DNA of 39,221 bases from Betaproteobacteria bacterium (GTDB lineage Bacteria > Pseudomonadota > Gammaproteobacteria > Burkholderiales > Casimicrobiaceae): assembly GCA_005889025.1 (NCBI GenBank), contig VBCZ01000355.1, positions 1 through 39,221 on the forward strand. The letters run 5' to 3'. Position 1 is the stretch's first letter. Every line of letters starts with the position of its first letter. Shown piece by piece: positions 10,763-19,856 of the stretch. The position numbers and the translations under genes were made by a program. A model generated the notes under the pieces. That model made no database searches, was not told the DNA's origin, and saw nothing but the letters and a program-made list of their open reading frames with translations.

Positions 10763-11434
10763 TCAGGTGTTGAAGTCTGTCCTGGCTCGCATCGAATGCG
10801 TCGGAGCCAGGCTCTTGTCGGATTCCAGCTTTAGCGAAGGCTGTGCGGACTCGTTGGTCCCATCCAGGTGCTTGACGTCGCCGGTCAGCTCGCCACCCTC
10901 GGCCACGATCAGCTTGCCGTAGCGGATGACGCCCGAAACCCTGCCGGTCCCGTGCACGACAAGCCGCGTGCGTGCGGTCAGGTCGCCCGAAAACTCGCCG
11001 AATATTTCCGCGACATCGATCACTGCGGTTCCGCTCAAGGTCCCCGGCTTGGCGATCTTCATGCCCTTGCTATGAACCGTTGCCTCGACCTGGCCTTCGA
11101 CGATGAGAACGTCACAGTCCGATATCTCGACTCCCTTGAGCTTGATGTTGACGCCGACAAACAACTTGCTCCCCGCGGTCTCTGAAAGATCGGTCTTCGG
11201 CGGCGAAGCTTGGTCCTCGGTGCTTGCGGGCGAGCTTGAAATTTCTTTTACCGGCGCGACAGGGACCTGCGGCTCCCGCGCGGACACGGGAGTCTGCGGC
11301 GACAAAGGACGAGTTGAAGTTCCCATCGTCGAGTTTGGAGGGATCCCGCCGGTGCGCGGGGGCGTTGGTCCAAGTACTGTTTTGACGGAGGGCTGTACTT
11401 CGATGGAACCATCGCGGCGGCCGATACCGAGCAT
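10763..11434 (-). CDS. Bactofilin-family (DUF583) polymer-forming cytoskeletal protein with a Pro/Ser-rich N-terminal region
   Basis: The C-terminal half shows the repetitive beta-helical G-x-V/I-x-G pattern (VEGQVEATVHSKG...GTAVIDVAEIFGEFSGDL...HGTGRVSGVIRYGKLIVAEGGELTGDV). AAGGAG lies upstream of ATG 11434. Confidence 0.75.
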   Translation of the reverse strand: MLGIGRRDGSIEVQPSVKTVLGPTPPRTGGIPPNSTMGTSTRPLSPQTPVSAREPQVPVAPVKEISSSPASTEDQASPPKTDLSETAGSKLFVGVNIKLKGVEISDCDVLIVEGQVEATVHSKGMKIAKPGTLSGTAVIDVAEIFGEFSGDLTARTRLVVHGTGRVSGVIRYGKLIVAEGGELTGDVKHLDGTNESAQPSLKLESDKSLAPTHSMRARTDFNT

Positions 11435-11658
11435 GTTTTCTCCTTGCAGGCGGGTGGTGAATGACGCTGTCATTATTCGCCTCGGGCCGGCATTACGCAA
11501 TAGGGCCTACCGGGAATCTCGAGCCGAGCGCATGCACCCGCTACAATGGAGACGTCACTCTGGCGGTGAGGCTTTGAGTGTGTGAATCGTCTTGGACCCG
11601 ACAAAGGCGAGGCGGCCGCCGGGGAACGCACCACCGCTGACGCACCTGGGAGATCGCG

Positions 11659-12048
11659 ATGATAGTCCGCACACCTTTTTCAATTCGCGTCGCATGGGTA
11701 ACGTTCATCCTCGTCGCGATGACTCAGGCCACGTGGGCTCAGGCACCGCAGTCACTGGAAGACCTGATGAAGCGCATGCTGTCGGCGGCGCAGGCCAACG
11801 CGCTGGACGAGTTTGTCGCGCAAGCCGATCCATCGGCGAAAATCGGGATGACCAGGCAGATGCAGGACATCAACCGCGAGCTGGGTCCGCGCATCAAGCA
11901 GGGGTATGTCGCAACCTATTGGGGCAGCTTGAACCAGGAGGGCTACGAGGTTCACGTCTGGAAACTGGAATTCCGCGATGGCAAGGACGACTACCTCGTG
12001 ACCCTGGCCGCGAAGAACCAAAAAGTCGCCGGCATGTGGGTGCACTAG
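11659..12048 (+). CDS. Small exported hypothetical protein (129 aa, signal peptide)
   Basis: GGGAG RBS. N-terminal hydrophobic signal ending ATWA-QA. No family recognised with confidence. Confidence 0.6.
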   Translation: MIVRTPFSIRVAWVTFILVAMTQATWAQAPQSLEDLMKRMLSAAQANALDEFVAQADPSAKIGMTRQMQDINRELGPRIKQGYVATYWGSLNQEGYEVHVWKLEFRDGKDDYLVTLAAKNQKVAGMWVH

Positions 12049-12065
12049 GAAGCGCGGTCGCGCCC

Positions 12066-12695
12066 ATGCCCGGCCTTCGCTGCGTTCGTTTTCTTCCGAG
12101 AGAACCCCGCGCTCGCGGGTTGGCGCTCGCGCTTGCGTTGGTGCTCCTGGCTGCATCCGGCTCGAGCGGCTGCGGCAAATCAGCCGACGAGCAAGGGACC
12201 GCACGTCGGCTGTCCATGCAAAAAGCGCTCGCCGCATCGCGGGCGGAGGAGCGCGAGAAAGACCGGCGAATGCGGGACGCCGCGGCTGCCGAGGCGAGCG
12301 AGCGCATCGCGAGCGACGCGGCGGAACACGACCGCGACCTGGCGCAAATCGCGCTGGCCACCGCCGTCGTCACGCCGCAACAGCGGGAGGCCGAGCGAGC
12401 CGAGGCGCTTCGCAAATACACCGACAAGCTCCACCAGTCCGTGAACGATCCCGCTTCAGTACAGGTGCGAAGCGCGGAGCTCAGCCCTAAGCTGAATGGC
12501 ATGTGCACCGAGTTCAACTCCAAAACGAAGGCCGGCGCGTACGCCGGCTTCAAACGTGCCGTGGTCACCGACTTGCAGGTCTCGGTCGAGGAGTCCCCCA
12601 CCAAGGAGCTGATGACCCAATTCCTCGTGTTTCAGATCGCTGCCCGCGACACGGGTTGCTTTCCTGACGTTCAGAACGTCCACGTCGTGCAATAG
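12066..12695 (+). CDS. Putative lipoprotein with a charged coiled-coil-like segment
   Basis: N-terminus MPGLRCVRFLPREPRARGLALALALVLLAASGSSGC resembles a lipobox. It follows the previous gene by 17 nt. The upstream part of ORF 11592.. is out-of-context extension. Confidence 0.6.
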   Translation: MPGLRCVRFLPREPRARGLALALALVLLAASGSSGCGKSADEQGTARRLSMQKALAASRAEEREKDRRMRDAAAAEASERIASDAAEHDRDLAQIALATAVVTPQQREAERAEALRKYTDKLHQSVNDPASVQVRSAELSPKLNGMCTEFNSKTKAGAYAGFKRAVVTDLQVSVEESPTKELMTQFLVFQIAARDTGCFPDVQNVHVVQ

Positions 12696-12704
12696 CTTGA
12701 CTTC

Positions 12705-12733
12705 TGGTAAAATGCCGGTATCATTCAGGCATT
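12705..12733 (+). promoter_or_regulatory. Candidate extended -10 promoter (TGGTAAAAT, 12705-12713) with an overlapping 6-bp inverted repeat (AATGCC 12711-12716 / GGCATT 12728-12733) upstream of the TA pair
   Basis: Sequence motifs only. The position, 20-40 nt upstream of the antitoxin start, fits an autoregulated TA promoter/operator. Confidence 0.3.
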
Positions 12734-12752
12734 CTGCTTGAACTTTGATTCC

Positions 12753-13217
12753 ATGCCCGCCGTCCTTACGCATCCGATCCACGCCGATATAGGCGGGAGC
12801 AAGGTCTCCCTTGCTCGGCTGGCCGAGCTGCTTGCGCTCCCGCGCGTGCCGAAGGCCGAGCGCGACCTCCCCGAGATCGTTGCCCGGCGCGTCGCTCCTG
12901 AGGCAATCTATCGGCTGATCGACGCCGGGATCGCAGCGCGCTACCTCGAGTTCATCATTCCGCCGCGCACGCTGTCGCATCGCAAGCATCGGGGCGAGCG
13001 GCTGACGCTCGACGAATCGGATCGCGCGGTCCGCGCGGCACGGCTGCTCGCCTTGGCGGATACCATTTTCGGGGACCATACCAAGGCGCTGGTCTGGCTC
13101 AGTGCGCCGGCCAGCCAGTTCGCAGGCAAAAGCGCGTTCGAGCTCATGGTCTCCGAAGCCGGCGCAAGGCTGGTCGAAGAAGCGCTGCTGCGGGTGGACG
13201 AAGGCTATTTCGCCTGA
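12753..13217 (+). CDS. Xre/MbcA/ParS-type antitoxin (C-terminal DUF2384 domain)
   Basis: C-terminus ...ALADTIFGDHTKALVWLSAPASQFAGKSAFELMVSEAGARLVEEALLRVDEGYFA is typical of DUF2384 antitoxins paired with RES toxins. ATG 12753 is preferred; TTG 12738 is possible. Confidence 0.85.
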   Translation: MPAVLTHPIHADIGGSKVSLARLAELLALPRVPKAERDLPEIVARRVAPEAIYRLIDAGIAARYLEFIIPPRTLSHRKHRGERLTLDESDRAVRAARLLALADTIFGDHTKALVWLSAPASQFAGKSAFELMVSEAGARLVEEALLRVDEGYFA

Positions 13218-13305
13218 GATGGCCTGCGACTATCGCCAACTGAGATGACTGCGAGGAGGCGCGCGCGCCGACGGTGCGTCAAGCGCGTCGCAGACGGTTC
13301 TTGTC

Positions 13306-13815
13306 GTGAAGATCTGGCGTATCAGCAACCATCGCGATCTCGTCGGCGCAGGAGGTTTGCGCACCGCCGCGCGCTGGCATTCGGCAGGACATCCGGTCGT
13401 CTACTGCGCCGAGCATCCCGCGAGCGCCTTGCTGGAGATCCTCGCGCACCTGGACGTCGCCAACCTTGCCGCACTTCCCGATGGCTACCAGTTGCTCGAG
13501 ATCGACGTGCCCGACAAGCTTCAGATAGATGCCGTGTCGCCGCATGCGCTGACGCTGAAATGGCAAAGCGATGAAGACCTGACGCGGCAGATCGGCGACC
13601 GGTGGCTCGCCGGACGCTCGTCGCCGCTGCTGCGTGTGCCCAGCGCGCTCGTACCCAAGGTATGGAACTACCTCATCAATCCCGCGCATCGGGATGCGGA
13701 CGCGCTCAAGATCGTGTCGATCGCGCGTTACCCGTTCGACACGCGACTGTTCAAGGTGGTCGGCGGCAGCGCGCGACCACGGCCTGCCGCCAGGCATCGC
13801 CGCAGGGGAGGTTGA
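13306..13815 (+). CDS. RES-domain toxin (ParT/MbcT family, NAD+-targeting)
   Basis: GTG start. The N-terminus VKIWRISN matches the family N-terminus. R, E and S signature positions are present (AARWHSAG, AEHPASALLE, LLRVPSALVP), and FDTRLF lies near the C-terminus. Confidence 0.85.
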   Translation: MKIWRISNHRDLVGAGGLRTAARWHSAGHPVVYCAEHPASALLEILAHLDVANLAALPDGYQLLEIDVPDKLQIDAVSPHALTLKWQSDEDLTRQIGDRWLAGRSSPLLRVPSALVPKVWNYLINPAHRDADALKIVSIARYPFDTRLFKVVGGSARPRPAARHRRRGG

Positions 13816-14104
13816 CGGTGTCAGTGTTCGTCGTCGATCGGTTCGAGCGGTCGAGGTCGAACGACGCGCGCTGATGTCGAACCCGTCTTGTTGAAGCATC
13901 CAAGCGTCGTGCTTTCGCAGCGAACGCTGACCGCTTCCGACAAGTTACGCCGGGGTACAATTCCATGTCGATGCGGTTGTCGGAGTCGTGCGCGAGAATG
14001 TGGGAGAGCAATTTGCCCTCCTCAAAGGTCGTCAGGAGAACATGCCTGCGTCGCGGCGATTTTATTTGTTCAGGCAAACGTGATCGCCGCCTCGACGCCT
14101 TCGC

Positions 14105-14809
14105 ATGAAACCTGTCGCCATCTTCCGCTTTTCTCCCACCGAGGGACCCGGGCACTTCGCCGACTGGCTCGGGAAGCACGGGATTCGCTGGCAGCTGATC
14201 GCGCTCGATCGCAAGGAAGCGGTTCCCGAGGATCCGCGCGCTTTCTCCGGTGTCGGCATGATGGGCGGACCGATGAGCGCGAACGACGCGCTTCCCTGGA
14301 GCGAGCCACTCATAGCTTTGCTGCGCGACGCGGTCAATGCCGATGTGCCCGTGATCGGACATTGTCTCGGCGGACAGATTCTTGCCAAGGCGTTGGGCGC
14401 GCACGTGCGAAGGACCGCTACGCCGGAAATCGGATGGGGCGAGGTGGAGGTGAGCGACCCCGCCGGCGCCGCGCTGTTCGGGCGGCGGCAGCGCTTCCGG
14501 ACGTTTCAGTGGCACCACGACGTATTCGGCCTGCCGCAAGGGGCCAAGCGCGTGCTGACCAATCGCTTCAACCCGGAACAGGCGTATATGTTCGGCAAGC
14601 ACCTCGGCTTCCAGTGTCATATCGAAATGACCCGGGAGATGGTCGAGACCTGGTGTCGATCCGGCGCCGACGAACTTCCGGCGCGCTCCACCGGCGGTAC
14701 GCAGAGCCGGGCCGACATCTTCGACGATCTCGACGTCCGCTTGCAGGAGCTCTCTCTCGTCGCCGACGACGTCTACGCACACTGGGCGCGAGGGCTCGTG
14801 CCGTCGTGA
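14105..14809 (+). CDS. Class I (type 1) glutamine amidotransferase-like protein
   Basis: 234 aa with nucleophile elbow GHCLGGQ and a downstream CHIE histidine/glutamate pair. Confidence 0.85.
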   Translation: MKPVAIFRFSPTEGPGHFADWLGKHGIRWQLIALDRKEAVPEDPRAFSGVGMMGGPMSANDALPWSEPLIALLRDAVNADVPVIGHCLGGQILAKALGAHVRRTATPEIGWGEVEVSDPAGAALFGRRQRFRTFQWHHDVFGLPQGAKRVLTNRFNPEQAYMFGKHLGFQCHIEMTREMVETWCRSGADELPARSTGGTQSRADIFDDLDVRLQELSLVADDVYAHWARGLVPS

Positions 14810-14846
14810 CCGTCCCCCCCGTAGCAAGCCTTTGCAATTTCACCCG

Positions 14847-16631
14847 ATGGCCATTCATTCTCTTCCGGATCAGCTGATCAACCAGATCGCCGCAGGCGAA
14901 GTCGTCGAACGGCCGGCGGCGGCGCTGAAGGAGTTGCTGGAAAACAGTCTCGATGCCGGGGCTGCGCAGGTCGATATCGACCTCGGAGGCGGCGGTATCA
15001 AGCTGATTCGCGTCGCCGATGACGGCGACGGCATCGAGCGCGAAGATCTGCGCCTCGCGGTGGCGCGCCACGCGACGTCGAAAATCGCCACGGCCGGCGA
15101 CCTCGAGGGCATCGCGACGCTGGGCTTTCGCGGCGAGGCGCTCGCCAGCATCGCCGCGGTATCGCGGCTTTCGCTTACTTCCCGCTCCCGGGGCAAGCCG
15201 CACGCGTGGCGCATCGAAGTGGAAGGCGGCGAAGTCGCCGTGCCCCAGCCGGCGGCGCTCGCCAGCGGCACGACGGTAACGGTGCAGGAGCTTTACTTCA
15301 ACACGCCGGCGCGGCGCAAGTTCCTGCGCACCGAGGCGACCGAGTACGGACACTGCGAGGAATCGTTCCGCCGGATCGCGCTCTCGCATCCCGATGCCGG
15401 GTTCACGCTGCAGCACAACGGCAGCGTGCGGCACCGCCTGCTCGGGCAGGGCCGGCGCGCGCGCGTCGACGCGCTTCTCGGCGATGCATTCGCGTTGCAG
15501 GCGGCGCACCTCGATGAGCACGCTTTGGGAATTTCGCTCGCCGGATGGGTCGTCCGACCGGCGTACGCCACGAGCGCGCGCGACGTGCAATACTTTTTCG
15601 TCAACGGCCGTTTCGTGCGCGATCGCGTGCTCGCCCATGCGTTGCGCGAGGCATACCGCGACGTCCTCCATCACGAACGAGCGCCTGCGTACGCGCTGTG
15701 GCTCAGCATGGAACCGCGCGCAGTGGACGTCAATGTCCACCCCGCGAAAGCCGAGGTGCGTTTCCGTGACACCGGCGCGGTGCATCAATTCGTTCGCCAC
15801 GCCGTCGAAAAGGGCCTTGCATCCACTGCGGCGGAGCAGCCGGCAGTGTCGGCGGCGGAACGGCTTGGGGTTGCCGCGGCCAGGGTGCCGCCCCTCATGC
15901 CATCCTCGGATGCGCGAGTCACATTGGACTGGCGGGGCCGCCCGCTCGCAGCGCAGGCTTCGATGGCGCTGTCCGCAACGGAGCCCGCGGCGTTCTATGC
16001 CCGCTTGTTCGGCGAGCGTGCAGCTTCACCGGACGGTCCGGACCTGCCCAACGACGACGACCATCCACTCGGTTTTGCCTTGGCGCAGTTGCACGGCATC
16101 TTCGTCCTGGCGCAGAACCGCGACGGGCTGGTGCTCGTCGACATGCACGCCGCGCACGAACGCATACTCTACGAGCGTCTGAAGACCGCGCTCGATCAGT
16201 CGCTGCCGTTGCTGGTCCCGATAAGCTTTGCAGCAGACCCGATCGATGTCGCCGCAGCGGATGAGAACGAGGCGTTCCTGTCCGCGCTGGGGTTTTCGAT
16301 GTCGGCGCTCGGCCCGTCGACGCTCGCCGTGCGCGGCGTGCCGGCGATGCTCTCGGACGCTGATACGGTGACGCTTGCGCGCGCGGTGCTGGCGGACATC
16401 CGCGAATACGGCGGCAGCAGCGTGCTCACCGCGCAGCGCGACGAGCTTCTCTCGACCATGGCGTGTCACGGCGCAGTCCGTGCGCACCGCAGCCTGACGG
16501 TGCGCGAAATGAACGGGCTGCTCCGCGAGATGGAAGAAACCGAGCGTGCGGGGCAGTGCAATCACGGCCGCCCGACGTGGTATCAGCTTACGCTGGGCGA
16601 CCTGGACCGCCTGTTCATGCGCGGCCGGTAG
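14847..16631 (+). CDS. mutL: DNA mismatch repair endonuclease MutL
   Basis: N-terminal GHKL ATPase ([40 protein letters not shown]). C-terminal dimerisation/endonuclease region ending [26 protein letters not shown]. Confidence 0.95.
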   Translation: MAIHSLPDQLINQIAAGEVVERPAAALKELLENSLDAGAAQVDIDLGGGGIKLIRVADDGDGIEREDLRLAVARHATSKIATAGDLEGIATLGFRGEALASIAAVSRLSLTSRSRGKPHAWRIEVEGGEVAVPQPAALASGTTVTVQELYFNTPARRKFLRTEATEYGHCEESFRRIALSHPDAGFTLQHNGSVRHRLLGQGRRARVDALLGDAFALQAAHLDEHALGISLAGWVVRPAYATSARDVQYFFVNGRFVRDRVLAHALREAYRDVLHHERAPAYALWLSMEPRAVDVNVHPAKAEVRFRDTGAVHQFVRHAVEKGLASTAAEQPAVSAAERLGVAAARVPPLMPSSDARVTLDWRGRPLAAQASMALSATEPAAFYARLFGERAASPDGPDLPNDDDHPLGFALAQLHGIFVLAQNRDGLVLVDMHAAHERILYERLKTALDQSLPLLVPISFAADPIDVAAADENEAFLSALGFSMSALGPSTLAVRGVPAMLSDADTVTLARAVLADIREYGGSSVLTAQRDELLSTMACHGAVRAHRSLTVREMNGLLREMEETERAGQCNHGRPTWYQLTLGDLDRLFMRGR

Positions 16632-16674
16632 CCAGAAACTGTCGCATTTCAGCCTCGACTGCGTTCCCGCTCTC

Positions 16675-17601
16675 TTGTTGCCGCCGATTCTGTTGATGGG
16701 TCCCACCGCGTCAGGCAAGAGCGCGGTCGCGGTCGAGCTCGCCGCCCGCCTGCCCGTCGAGATCATCAGCGTCGATTCGGCGCAGGTCTATCGCGGCATG
16801 GATATCGGAACGGCAAAGCCCGACGCGAGCCTGCGCGCTCGGGTTTCGCACCATCTCGTCGATCTCATCGACCCGGACCAGTCGTATTCGGCGGCACGAT
16901 TTCGAACCGATGCGCTGCGCGCCGTTGCGGACATACAGGCGCGCGGCCGCGTCCCGCTGCTGGTCGGCGGGACCATGCTCTATTTCAAGGCGCTCAGAGA
17001 TGGCTTGTCGGCGTTGCCGCAAGCCGACCCGCGGGTGCGAGCGGAGATCGATGCCCGCGCGGCGCAGAACGGCTGGCCGGCGCTGTACCGTGAGCTCGCG
17101 CACGTCGATCCTGGCACCGCGTCGCGCCTCAAGCCGACCGACGCGCAGCGCATCCAGCGCGCGCTCGAGGTCTATCGTGTCAGTGGCATACCGATGTCGC
17201 AGCTGCAGGGAACGCGCGCAGCGGCCGATGCGCCCGAGTTCCTCGCGATTGCATTGGTCCCTTCGGACAGGAGCGAGCTCCATCGCAGAATTGCCGCGCG
17301 CTTCGACGAGATGCTCGAACGCGGACTTGTCGGCGAGGTGCGCGCATTGCGGCATCGCTACCGACTCGATCGCTCGATGCCGTCGATGCGCTGCGTCGGC
17401 TATCGCCAGGTGTGGAACGTCCTAGAAGGCTCTGCCGACCTATCCACGCTGCGCGAGCGCGGCATCGCGGCAACGCGACAGCTTGCCAAGCGGCAGCTGA
17501 CCTGGTTGCGATCGACGCCGGCGCTTTCGCTCGATTGCCTTTCGAAGAATTTGGCCGCTCGCATCGAGGGCTTGATCGAAGCGCGCCGCTCGAAGCAGTA
17601 G
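16675..17601 (+). CDS. miaA: tRNA dimethylallyltransferase
   Basis: P-loop GPTASGKS, then [18 protein letters not shown] and [12 protein letters not shown]. There is no ATG upstream of the P-loop after the mutL stop, so TTG 16675 (or 16678) is the inferred start. Confidence 0.9.
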   Translation: MLPPILLMGPTASGKSAVAVELAARLPVEIISVDSAQVYRGMDIGTAKPDASLRARVSHHLVDLIDPDQSYSAARFRTDALRAVADIQARGRVPLLVGGTMLYFKALRDGLSALPQADPRVRAEIDARAAQNGWPALYRELAHVDPGTASRLKPTDAQRIQRALEVYRVSGIPMSQLQGTRAAADAPEFLAIALVPSDRSELHRRIAARFDEMLERGLVGEVRALRHRYRLDRSMPSMRCVGYRQVWNVLEGSADLSTLRERGIAATRQLAKRQLTWLRSTPALSLDCLSKNLAARIEGLIEARRSKQ

Positions 17602-17712
17602 ACCGCGGCGCTCCAACCACAGGGACCGTCCGATCCTCTGCCGAGTGGCGGGGGCATTGCTGCTATGCAATAATCACCATTTGGCTTCGCCGAAATCCCC
17701 CATCGGATTTCC

Positions 17713-19122
17713 ATGACCGCCCGCACGCTGTACGACAAATTGTGGGACAGCCACGTCGTCCGCTCTGAAACTGACGGGACGGCGCTCCTGTATGTCGATC
17801 GCCATCTTGTTCACGAAGTGACGAGTCCACAGGCGTTCGAGGGCCTCAAGCTCGCCGGGCGCAAACCCTGGCGGGTCAGCTCGATCGTCGCCACGGCCGA
17901 TCACAACACCCCGACGCAGCACTGGGATCAGGGGATCACCGATCCGACCTCGCGCATTCAGGTCGACGTGCTCGACGCGAATATTCGGGAGCATGGCGCC
18001 AAGGCGTATTTCCCTTTTCGCGACAAGCGGCAGGGGATCGTCCACGTCATCGGCCCCGAATCCGGCGCGACGCTTCCCGGCATGACCGTGGTATGCGGCG
18101 ATTCGCACACCAGCACGCACGGCGCCTTCGGCTGTCTCGCTTTCGGCATCGGCACGTCCGAAGTGGAGCACGTCCTCGCCACGCAATGCCTGTTGACCAA
18201 GAAAGCGAAGTCCATGCGCGTGCTGGTCGAGGGCGAGCTGCCCTTCGGCTGCACCGCGAAAGATGTCGCTTTGGCGGTGATCGGCAAGATAGGGACCGCG
18301 GGCGGCAGTGGCCACGCTATCGAATTCCAGGGCTCGACCATCCGTGCGCTGTCGATGGAAGGACGGATGACCATTTGCAACATGTCCATCGAAGCGGGTG
18401 CGCGCGCGGGGATGGTAGCGGTCGACGAGGTGACCATCGACTACCTGAAGGACCGGACGCTTGCGCCCAAAGGCGAGCTGTGGGACCGCGCGGTGGCGTT
18501 CTGGCGCACGCTCACCTCCGACCCCGATGCAGTTTTCGACCGCACGGTCACGCTGGCCGCGGCTTCCATCGCGCCGCAAGTGACGTGGGGGACGTCTCCG
18601 GAGATGGTCACCACTATCGAAGGCCGCGTCCCCGATCCCGACAAGGAAAAGGATCCCGTGCGGCGCGAAGGCATCGAGCGCGCCTTGAGCTATATGGGGC
18701 TCGCGCCCAACACGGCGATGACCGACATCCGCATCGACAAGGTCTTTATCGGCTCGTGCACGAATTCACGCATCGAGGATTTGCGGGCAGCCGCGGCTGT
18801 GGTCGCGGGACGGCGCAAGGCCGATAACGTCAGTGTTGCGATGGTCGTGCCGGGCTCGGGGCCGGTAAAGACGCAGGCGGAACGCGAAGGCCTCGACCGC
18901 ATATTCACCGCCGCGGGATTCGAGTGGCGCGAGCCCGGCTGCTCGATGTGTCTGGCGATGAACGATGACAGGCTCGAGCCCGGCGAACGGTGCGCATCGA
19001 CGTCGAACCGCAATTTCGAGGGGCGGCAGGGCACCGGAGGACGCACGCATCTGGTCAGCCCGGCGATGGCTGCAGCGGCGGGCATCGCAGGTCATTTCGT
19101 CGACGTTCGCCGGCTGCGCTAG
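17713..19122 (+). CDS. leuC: 3-isopropylmalate dehydratase large subunit
   Basis: Full-length (469 aa) aconitase-family protein with [32 protein letters not shown] and GCSMCLAMN. Confidence 0.97.
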   Translation: MTARTLYDKLWDSHVVRSETDGTALLYVDRHLVHEVTSPQAFEGLKLAGRKPWRVSSIVATADHNTPTQHWDQGITDPTSRIQVDVLDANIREHGAKAYFPFRDKRQGIVHVIGPESGATLPGMTVVCGDSHTSTHGAFGCLAFGIGTSEVEHVLATQCLLTKKAKSMRVLVEGELPFGCTAKDVALAVIGKIGTAGGSGHAIEFQGSTIRALSMEGRMTICNMSIEAGARAGMVAVDEVTIDYLKDRTLAPKGELWDRAVAFWRTLTSDPDAVFDRTVTLAAASIAPQVTWGTSPEMVTTIEGRVPDPDKEKDPVRREGIERALSYMGLAPNTAMTDIRIDKVFIGSCTNSRIEDLRAAAAVVAGRRKADNVSVAMVVPGSGPVKTQAEREGLDRIFTAAGFEWREPGCSMCLAMNDDRLEPGERCASTSNRNFEGRQGTGGRTHLVSPAMAAAAGIAGHFVDVRRLR

Positions 19123-19132
19123 AGCGCTGCGC

Positions 19133-19771
19133 ATGCAAGCGTTTCGCACTCTGACCGGCTTGGTGGCGCCGCTCGATCGCGCCAATGTCGACACCGACGC
19201 CATCATTCCCAAGCAGTTCCTGAAGTCGGTCCGTCGATCGGGCTTCGGGCCCAACCTGTTCGACGCATGGCGCTATCTCGATCACGATGAAACGGGCAAG
19301 AATACGGCCGAGCGTCGACCGAATCCTGACTTCGCGCTGAACGAGCCTCGCTATCAAGGCGCGCAGGTCCTTCTCGCACGGCGCAATTTCGGTTGCGGCA
19401 GCTCGCGCGAGCACGCTCCCTGGGCGCTCGGCGACTACGGATTCCGGTCGATCATCGCGCCGTCGTTCGCCGACATTTTCTTCAATAACTGTTTCAAGAA
19501 CGGATTGTTGCCGATCGTGCTCAGCGAATCCGAGGTCGATAGCCTGTTCCACCAGACCGCGGCTTTTCCCGGATTCAAGCTCACGATCGATCTCGAGCGG
19601 CAGACGGTAGCGACCCCGGACGGCAGCAGCGTGTTCAGCTTTGATGTCGACCCGTTTCGCAAGCATTGCATGCTGAACGGTCTCGACGACATCGGCCTCA
19701 CGTTGAAGCATGCGGACGAGATTCGCGCTTTCGAGGAAAAGCGCAAAGCCGAGCAACCGTGGCTGTTCTAA
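19133..19771 (+). CDS. leuD: 3-isopropylmalate dehydratase small subunit
   Basis: 212 aa with [15 protein letters not shown]. It starts 10 nt after the leuC stop. Confidence 0.95.
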   Translation: MQAFRTLTGLVAPLDRANVDTDAIIPKQFLKSVRRSGFGPNLFDAWRYLDHDETGKNTAERRPNPDFALNEPRYQGAQVLLARRNFGCGSSREHAPWALGDYGFRSIIAPSFADIFFNNCFKNGLLPIVLSESEVDSLFHQTAAFPGFKLTIDLERQTVATPDGSSVFSFDVDPFRKHCMLNGLDDIGLTLKHADEIRAFEEKRKAEQPWLF

Positions 19772-19856
19772 GCGCATCGAAGGCGAAGACACCAGGACAC
19801 CGACCAAGAATCACCGAAGGCGTCCTGTGCGCTTCGGCGCCTGCCGCGAGGCGCCG

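Noticed and set aside
13830-13860. GGTTCGAGC resembling a tRNA T-loop.
   Set aside because: No acceptor stem, anticodon arm or D-arm can be built around it. It is just part of a short inverted repeat.
17656-17671. Dyad ATTGC-N6-GCAAT 40 nt upstream of leuC, as a possible LysR-type site or leader element.
   Set aside because: The arms are only 5 bp, there is no Leu-rich leader peptide, and there is no terminator/antiterminator structure. This is too weak to report as a feature.
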